Shown: in pieces, positions 58,027 to 64,000 of the stretch | Position numbering within the stretch: position 1 is the stretch's first letter | Layout of the letters: each line of letters opens with the position of its first letter | Assembly (NCBI GenBank): GCA_963662465.1 | Contig: OY759599.1 | Coordinates: 7,904,001 to 7,968,000 of the forward strand | Direction of reading: 5' to 3' | DNA: 64,000 nt | Source of the DNA: Desulfatiglandales bacterium | Lineage (GTDB): Bacteria; Desulfobacterota; DSM-4660; Desulfatiglandales; Desulfatiglandaceae | Notes under the pieces: generated by a model | The model's database searches: none | Seen by the model: the letters and a program-made list of their open reading frames with translations, nothing else | Told to the model about the DNA's origin: nothing | Made by a program: the position numbers and the translations under genes

Positions 58027-58731
58027 ATGACCATCGGTCCATACACCTATGACGAATATATCGAACAGGTCAGTCGTTTTCACGGTCATATCGCCCCCGG
58101 CATGGTGATCGGCGGTTTTATGGTGGATTTGGCGCTCAAGAACCTTCCCGAGGGAGAATTTTTTGACGCGCTGTGTGAGACCAGGGCTTGTTTGCCTGAC
58201 GCGATTCAATTGTTGACGCCCTGCACTATCGGTAACGGCTGGCTCAAGGTGATTGACATGGGTCGCTATGCGGTAACGCTTTATGAAAAATTTGGCGGCA
58301 GGGGGGTACGGGTCTATGTGGACGCCGATAAAACCAAAGCCTGGCCGGAACTGAAGGGTTGGTATTTTAAACTCAAACCGAAGAAAGCGCAGGATTTTGA
58401 CAGGCTCATGGCGGAAATCAAGAATGCCGGGGCCGGCGTTTGCGGCATGCAGACCGTGCGGTTGGATCCAAATTTTATCAAGGTGCGACGCCGCAAGGGG
58501 TTTAGAATCTGCGTGCTGTGCGGCGAGGCCTATCCCGTAAGCGATGGCGCCATCTGCCGGGGTTGCCAGGGGGACGCGCCGTATGTTGCCATGGAAGCGT
58601 CCCCGGTTGATACCGTTCCTATGCAGCCGGAATTAAAAACGGCGCCGGTTGAGGAGGCCGTGGGCCGGCATACCCGTAACGCGCAGGGATCTCGCTCAAA
58701 TGGCGGAAGGCGGCTTCTGCCTGAATTGTAA
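58027..58731 (+). CDS. FmdE-family protein, probably 3'-truncated
   Basis: FHGHIAPGMVIG, CLPDAIQLLTPCTIGNG, CVLCGEAYP..CRGC. Confidence 0.8.
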   Translation: MTIGPYTYDEYIEQVSRFHGHIAPGMVIGGFMVDLALKNLPEGEFFDALCETRACLPDAIQLLTPCTIGNGWLKVIDMGRYAVTLYEKFGGRGVRVYVDADKTKAWPELKGWYFKLKPKKAQDFDRLMAEIKNAGAGVCGMQTVRLDPNFIKVRRRKGFRICVLCGEAYPVSDGAICRGCQGDAPYVAMEASPVDTVPMQPELKTAPVEEAVGRHTRNAQGSRSNGGRRLLPEL

Positions 58732-58826
58732 AAGATGCACTTATCCCAAGTGTCCTTTCGGAAAATAGGGACTGCCCCTCTTAAAGCGACACCAATATGC
58801 CGGTCACATTTGAGCCGGGAAAGTGA

Positions 58827-59615
58827 ATGTCCATGACCCCTGCTGTTGGAGTGACGACCCAGATTATTCGCCATGCGAAATGGTACAAGCATATTCGAGA
58901 GCTCGGTTCCGACGCCATTGAAATCAATCGGCAGAATTCCAAACTGCATTTCAATCTCTATTTTCTGGAAAAAGTCAAAAAATACACGAAAGGATTCGAT
59001 TTAAGCCTTCATTCGGGTACGGCCGGAATTTTCCAGGCGTACGAGCCCTTCACAAAGGCTAACCTTGCGGTACTTGCTGCCGAGGTCGATGTATGCCATA
59101 TCCTCGGAGCACACCAATTTGTATTTCACTTAAATGATGGAATATTGACCCCCGAAAATAAAAAACGCCTGGAATTGGTGATTTCTTACGCCGAGGATAT
59201 GGGTGTGAAAATGCTTTACGAATCCAATAGTACGTTGGTTGCTGATTATGCTTACAATGTCCTTGAAAGCTTTCCGGGACTCGGATATGTCCTCGATTTG
59301 GGACACCTCAACAACGGTTACGGAAGAGGCAAGCTGGGATGCGGGATCGATGAATTTATCCGCCAAGTGAAAAACCGGGTGGTTTATGTTCACGCCAGCA
59401 ACAACTCAGGGAAGCGAGATGAACACAACGGCCTGGAAAATGGAACCCTGGATTGGCGTAATGTTTTGGATATGCTGGATTTTTCAAAAATTCTAAAGAT
59501 CATTATAGAGGTCAGACACATGGACATGGTAGAGAACTCCATGAGGGACTTGATGCAATATCTTGGAAGGGAGATCCCGACACAACGGTATCATGTCATG
59601 GGATTAAGGCGGTAA
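58827..59615 (+). CDS. Sugar phosphate isomerase/epimerase (AP-endonuclease-2 TIM barrel)
   Basis: LYES, LDLGHL, YVHASNNSG.RDEH..G.LDW, IIIEV. Confidence 0.8.
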   Translation: MSMTPAVGVTTQIIRHAKWYKHIRELGSDAIEINRQNSKLHFNLYFLEKVKKYTKGFDLSLHSGTAGIFQAYEPFTKANLAVLAAEVDVCHILGAHQFVFHLNDGILTPENKKRLELVISYAEDMGVKMLYESNSTLVADYAYNVLESFPGLGYVLDLGHLNNGYGRGKLGCGIDEFIRQVKNRVVYVHASNNSGKRDEHNGLENGTLDWRNVLDMLDFSKILKIIIEVRHMDMVENSMRDLMQYLGREIPTQRYHVMGLRR

Positions 59616-59700
59616 TCTTGATCCATCCGTTTAATGCTGAGTGACTCTGTCGCTTTCTTCGTTGCTTCTCTCGGGACGGCAATTATTTCTTGCTAAGGCC

Positions 59701-60894
59701 CTAATGTGCGGTTCTGAGGGGATCTCTCAAAAGGGAGAATATCCTGAGCGGTTGATCAATCCCCTTCAACGGCACAAGTCCCAAATCATAGACCGGCCAA
59801 AGCCCGTCAATCATTTTTTGGGTCTCTTCCCCGATGATAATATCCCCGCCCTGGGCATGGTCCGCCAGGCGGGCCGCCAGATTGGTGACTGGACCTGACG
59901 CCGTGTAGGTCATGCGAGTATCCAGCGTCCCCTTGAAAACGGTCATCCCCACCAGGGCCACCCCCGAGTTAATGCCGATATTGACGTTTACCGGTTCGAA
60001 ACGTCCCGCCATTTCATGGTTGAGCTGGTGGTTTCGCGCATGAATGTCAAAGGCGGCTTTTGCTGCATTCCGGGCGTTGGTTTTGGCGTCGTCATTTTTG
60101 AAGATAATCATGAGCCCATCTCCGGCGGTTTCGTTGATATCGCCGCCTGATCTGTGAATGGGGTCAACGAAGTTGGAAAACATCTCTTCCACCATGTGGT
60201 TCATTTCAACGGCGGTTTTGTTGGCGCTGAGCCGGGTGTACCCTTCAAGATCCAGAAAGAGGACGGAGACGTCCCGGCTCTCTTTTGCTCGGGTGAGCAT
60301 CTCGGGGTTTGACTCAACGATGCGTCGGACGGATTGCGGTACAAAGGGGGATAAGTGTGTCAGTTTCCGGCTGATGTCAAGTTTTTCCTGGGTGATTTCC
60401 CAGTGCTTTTTGGCCGCCATGATGGCATTGCCGGCCATTTCGGAAAGGTCCTTCATCAGATAGAAGTCCTTTTTGGTAAAACGGGCGTTGGGCCGGGATA
60501 CCACATTAATGACGGCCACGATGTCATCATGGACAAATACGGGCATGGCGGCTTCCGGGCCTGTATCGACGGTAGCCCCGTCATGTCTGACAATGGGTTG
60601 GGTTTTCGAAATGACCACCCCTTTTCGGGTGGCCAGGGCTTTCTGGATGGCGGGACGATTTTTTTTACAGGAAAGACAGTTCACGGGCCGATTGTACAGG
60701 GCGCACTGGAGGGGGCGCGTATATTTTTGTGCATCGGGATCCAGCATGATGATGCAGGTTTCCATGGACGATGGAATCAGGGTCCGGACTTCTCCTCGCA
60801 AATTTTCCAGAATTTCATTGACTTCCATCGTTGACGCCAGTTTTTTTGAAAGGCGTTGCTGGGCCTCGAACCGTTCTTTATAATACTTTTGCAT
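59701..60894 (-). CDS. GAF plus class III adenylate/guanylate cyclase
   Basis: VLFLDLEGYTRLS, TAGDGLMIIF, IGINSG, GPVTNLAARL. Confidence 0.88.
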   Translation of the reverse strand: MQKYYKERFEAQQRLSKKLASTMEVNEILENLRGEVRTLIPSSMETCIIMLDPDAQKYTRPLQCALYNRPVNCLSCKKNRPAIQKALATRKGVVISKTQPIVRHDGATVDTGPEAAMPVFVHDDIVAVINVVSRPNARFTKKDFYLMKDLSEMAGNAIMAAKKHWEITQEKLDISRKLTHLSPFVPQSVRRIVESNPEMLTRAKESRDVSVLFLDLEGYTRLSANKTAVEMNHMVEEMFSNFVDPIHRSGGDINETAGDGLMIIFKNDDAKTNARNAAKAAFDIHARNHQLNHEMAGRFEPVNVNIGINSGVALVGMTVFKGTLDTRMTYTASGPVTNLAARLADHAQGGDIIIGEETQKMIDGLWPVYDLGLVPLKGIDQPLRIFSLLRDPLRTAH

Positions 60895-60919
60895 GTGAAT
60901 CAATTCCCATGAATGGGGT

Positions 60920-61903
60920 TTATTTTAACGATGCCGCCAGGCGCTTTAAGCCTTCTTCAATGGAAATGGCGGGCCGGTATCCCAGCTCGTTTCGGGCTGC
61001 ACTCATGTCAAACCAGTGGGCCGTCGAAAGCTGTTTGGCCAGAAAACGCGTCATGGGCGGTTCCCGTTGAATCCTGAGTACGTCGTAGATCATTTCAAGG
61101 AGCTGGCCCGCCGCATATGCCAGATTGACGGGTACGGTGCGATCAATGGGCGCTAGGCCTGCCGCCCCTAGAATGCGGTCCATCAATTCGCCGATATCAA
61201 TGGGTTCCCCCTGGGATATGAAGTAGGCTTTCCCGGAAATGGGAGATCCCGCATGAAGCTTATCCCCTGCCAGGATGTGGGCATCCGCGGCATTGTCAAT
61301 GTAAATGCAGTCTACCCGATGGGGTTTTCTCCCGATTCTGGCAAGCCTGCCCGCTTTTCTTCGTTGAATTAATCGGGGGAGGAAGTTGGGGTCTCCCGGC
61401 CCCCAGATCAGATGGGGTCGAAGGACCACTGTGGCCAGGTCTTTGTCATTTGCGGAAAGTACTCTGCGTTCCGCCATGGCTTTGGTTTTGGGATAATGGG
61501 CCTGGTAAGTTTTCGGGTAGGGCGCTGATTCGTTTGCGCCTTCCATATTGCCCCCGGCAAAAACCACGCTGGGGGAACTCGTATAAACGAGTTTCGAAAC
61601 GTGGTTTTTTTTGCAGGCGTCAATAATGTTTTCGGTGCCGGTCACATTGGCTGCGTAATATGATTTGTAGGGTCCCCATATCCCCGGTTTGGCGGCCACG
61701 TGAAAAACCGTATCACACCCAGCTGCCGCCGATATAACGGCCTTTGAATCCGCCAGGTCGCCCCTTTGGACGTCGATGCCTAAATTGCGCAGTTCAGGAT
61801 AATCGCCCCGGGAGAAGCTGCGTACCTGGTCCCCACGGTTTACGAGCCGTTTGGCGATGGCTTTCCCCAGAAACCCCCCGCCGCCGGTTATAAGTGCTTT
61901 CAT
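60920..61903 (-). CDS. oleD: OleD-like reductase (3-beta-HSD/extended SDR)
   Basis: TGGGGFLG, HVAAKPGIWG, YTSSPSV, YPKTK, RPHLIWGPGD; coupled to oleC. Confidence 0.88.
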   Translation of the reverse strand: MKALITGGGGFLGKAIAKRLVNRGDQVRSFSRGDYPELRNLGIDVQRGDLADSKAVISAAAGCDTVFHVAAKPGIWGPYKSYYAANVTGTENIIDACKKNHVSKLVYTSSPSVVFAGGNMEGANESAPYPKTYQAHYPKTKAMAERRVLSANDKDLATVVLRPHLIWGPGDPNFLPRLIQRRKAGRLARIGRKPHRVDCIYIDNAADAHILAGDKLHAGSPISGKAYFISQGEPIDIGELMDRILGAAGLAPIDRTVPVNLAYAAGQLLEMIYDVLRIQREPPMTRFLAKQLSTAHWFDMSAARNELGYRPAISIEEGLKRLAASLK

Positions 61904-63585
61904 GTTTTTTTTTGCATCCTTTCCCCGGCTAGTTTCCGAGATGCCCAAACCCCGAGCCTGTCCCGGTAGATTTTGGCGTTATGTCGAATGTCGACGGGGA
62001 ACCCATCGTGAAACAGGATGGTTTTAATCTCTTTCGTATGGGGTCTCAGCGCTCCCAGTTCGAGCAGTTCCCGTCTAATGATGTTTTTGTCGGGATCCTT
62101 TAAATGTGCTTCCAGTTCGACACAGAGTACGGGGCACATGACCCCGCCGATGTTGATGCCTGTCAGGGCCGTCCGGAAAACTTTCGGATGGGTATTGAAT
62201 ACCCCTTCGCAGGCAATGGTAAAATGCGTTCCCGAAGGAGTCGCCACCCTGTGGGTTTTCCGTCCGAAAAACCATAGTCTTCCCGCATCGTCCATTGATC
62301 CCAAATCCCCCATGCGATGCCGGAAACCTTTCCCGTCTTTCTCATAAATTTTGGTCAGTCGGGTTGCATCCGCCTTCTTGTAGTAACTACGGGTGGCCAC
62401 GGGACCTTGAACGGCAATTTCCCCCACTTCGCCCACGGGAAGCGCGAGGGCGTCATCCCACCAGGGAATGGGATCATCGGTAATTGGAATAATGGAGACC
62501 CGCATGCCATCCACGGGTTTTCCCACGCAGACGCCCTTTCCCGCATCGGTAAGGCATCGTGTGTGATTGAGAATCTCGTGGCTGCCGATGGAGGATACGG
62601 GCATGGCTTCCGTGGCCCCGTAACCGGTGTGGACCTGGGCTTCGGGCGACAGCATGGTGCAGAAGCGTTCTAATACCACGGGCGGCATGGGGGCGCCCGC
62701 CGCGATGACCCGGCGGAGTGTCGGGAGTTTAACGCCGTGTTTTTGACCGTAACGTCCCACCCGGTCAATGAGGGCGGGGGAACCGAACATGTTGGTGATG
62801 CCGAAATCTTCTATGGCTTCTATGATTTTTCGAGGGTCCACATGGGCGGGGCGTGTGAAATCCATGTGGGGAATTACAATGGCCATGCCCAGGGCCGGTC
62901 CGAAAAGGGCGAAGAGGGGGAAGGTGGGCAGATCGATTTCACCGGGCTCGATGTGATAGGTGTTTCGAATGGATTCCACCTGGGCTGCGAAATTGCCGTG
63001 GGTATAGACGGCCCCTCTGGGTGGGCCGGTGCTGCCGCTGGTAAAGAGGATGGCCGCCGTTTCATCTTGTTGCGTTTGCGCCATGGGGCCCGGGGGAACG
63101 GATTTTCCTAAGCTTCTGACCTTGTCAAGGGTGATGCCTTTCCAGAGCAGGCGTTTTCCCACGGTAATTTGGATTCGAATGGTTTTTCGTCCCCACCCCA
63201 GGGCCACGCGGGCCATATGGGCTTGAGGGATGCCGATGAAGGCTTCGGGTTCCGCCTGTGCCAGGCAGTTTTTGAGGTTCCTGATGCCGATTCCGGGATC
63301 GATGAGTACCGGGACGGCGCCCACTTTAAAAAGGGCAAATGTCAAGGCAAAGAATTCAAGGCTGGGTTTGACCATGAGTACAGTCCTGATTCCCCGTTTA
63401 ACCCCCGCCCGGTCCAGGCCCCGTGCCATAAGATCGCTTTCACGGTCCAGCCGGCGAAAGGTGTAATGGGTATACCTGACCCTACCGTTTCCGTCGCGGC
63501 CCACGGGAAAGCTCACAGCCGCTTTGTAGGGTTGTTTTTCCGCCATTTCAGGGAGGTAGGCCGCGATGTTGATAAAATCAGACAT
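61900..63585 (-). CDS. oleC: OleC beta-lactone synthetase (AMP ligase)
   Basis: NIAAYL, FTSGSTGPP, DLPTFPLFALF, YGATEAMP, HRMGD, FPVDIRHNAKI. Confidence 0.9.
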   Translation of the reverse strand: MSDFINIAAYLPEMAEKQPYKAAVSFPVGRDGNGRVRYTHYTFRRLDRESDLMARGLDRAGVKRGIRTVLMVKPSLEFFALTFALFKVGAVPVLIDPGIGIRNLKNCLAQAEPEAFIGIPQAHMARVALGWGRKTIRIQITVGKRLLWKGITLDKVRSLGKSVPPGPMAQTQQDETAAILFTSGSTGPPRGAVYTHGNFAAQVESIRNTYHIEPGEIDLPTFPLFALFGPALGMAIVIPHMDFTRPAHVDPRKIIEAIEDFGITNMFGSPALIDRVGRYGQKHGVKLPTLRRVIAAGAPMPPVVLERFCTMLSPEAQVHTGYGATEAMPVSSIGSHEILNHTRCLTDAGKGVCVGKPVDGMRVSIIPITDDPIPWWDDALALPVGEVGEIAVQGPVATRSYYKKADATRLTKIYEKDGKGFRHRMGDLGSMDDAGRLWFFGRKTHRVATPSGTHFTIACEGVFNTHPKVFRTALTGINIGGVMCPVLCVELEAHLKDPDKNIIRRELLELGALRPHTKEIKTILFHDGFPVDIRHNAKIYRDRLGVWASRKLAGERMQKKT

Positions 63586-63590
63586 AACCG

Positions 63591-64000
63591 TTACCACCGC
63601 ACTTCCATCATGGTGCAGTTCAGACCGCTGCCGATGCCCATGAGGGCTACCCGGTCCCCCTGGTTGATACGACCTTCTTCAAGGGCCTTTGAAAGGGTGA
63701 TCGGAATGGCCGCCGGTCCCACATTGCCGTATTCGGGAAACGTTTTGAAAACCTTGTTGTCGTCCAGGTCGAGAAGCCCGGTCAGTTTCGCCGTGTGGAC
63801 GGCGCTTACCTGGTGAAGGATAAACTGATCCAGGTCGCCGGGGCGCCATTCCAGTTCATTTTCAGCCTTTTGAAAAGTGGCGGCCGCCAGTTCAAGTCCG
63901 GCTGTCAGGAGGCCGCCGGCATCGGTTTGCATGCTGTCCAGCTGTCCGCGGCAAAGGTCTCTATGTTGGGTTGCGGCCAGGCTGACGCTGCCAAGCAATC
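63591..64000 (-). CDS. oleA: OleA thiolase-fold condensing enzyme (5' truncated by window)
   Basis: HQVSAVH, GNVGPAAIP, LMGIGSGLNC; adjacent to oleC. Confidence 0.88.
   Translation of the reverse strand, partial: LLGSVSLAATQHRDLCRGQLDSMQTDAGGLLTAGLELAAATFQKAENELEWRPGDLDQFILHQVSAVHTAKLTGLLDLDDNKVFKTFPEYGNVGPAAIPITLSKALEEGRINQGDRVALMGIGSGLNCTMMEVRW

Overview
64 kb of bacterial chromosome, most likely from an anaerobic, aromatic-degrading member of Desulfobacterota (inferred from gene content). No rRNA, tRNA, CRISPR array, integrase, transposase or reverse transcriptase was seen. Recognisable loci: a class II benzoyl-CoA reductase cluster bamBCDEF (50350-58024) with in-frame UGA selenocysteine codons in bamE and bamF; oleA-oleC-oleD with no oleB between them; a basic amino acid decarboxylase/antiporter pair; a GAF-PilB/V4R-kinase/sigma54 regulator operon; a PreA-like/GltD-like oxidoreductase pair; a class II photolyase; hslO, tatD and maf; and five toxin-antitoxin loci. 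Most notable observations: (1) a Ser/Thr kinase-PEGA gene followed, out of frame, by two tandem DUF1566-like domains whose 3' ends look like diversity-generating retroelement (DGR) variable regions; (2) two unrelated secreted proteins sharing a 126-aa C-terminal domain that may be a secretion/sorting tag; (3) four accessory segments bounded by 26-255 bp direct repeats with no recombinase in the window; (4) nested MITE/REP elements. All family calls come from motif recognition by eye, not from database searches.
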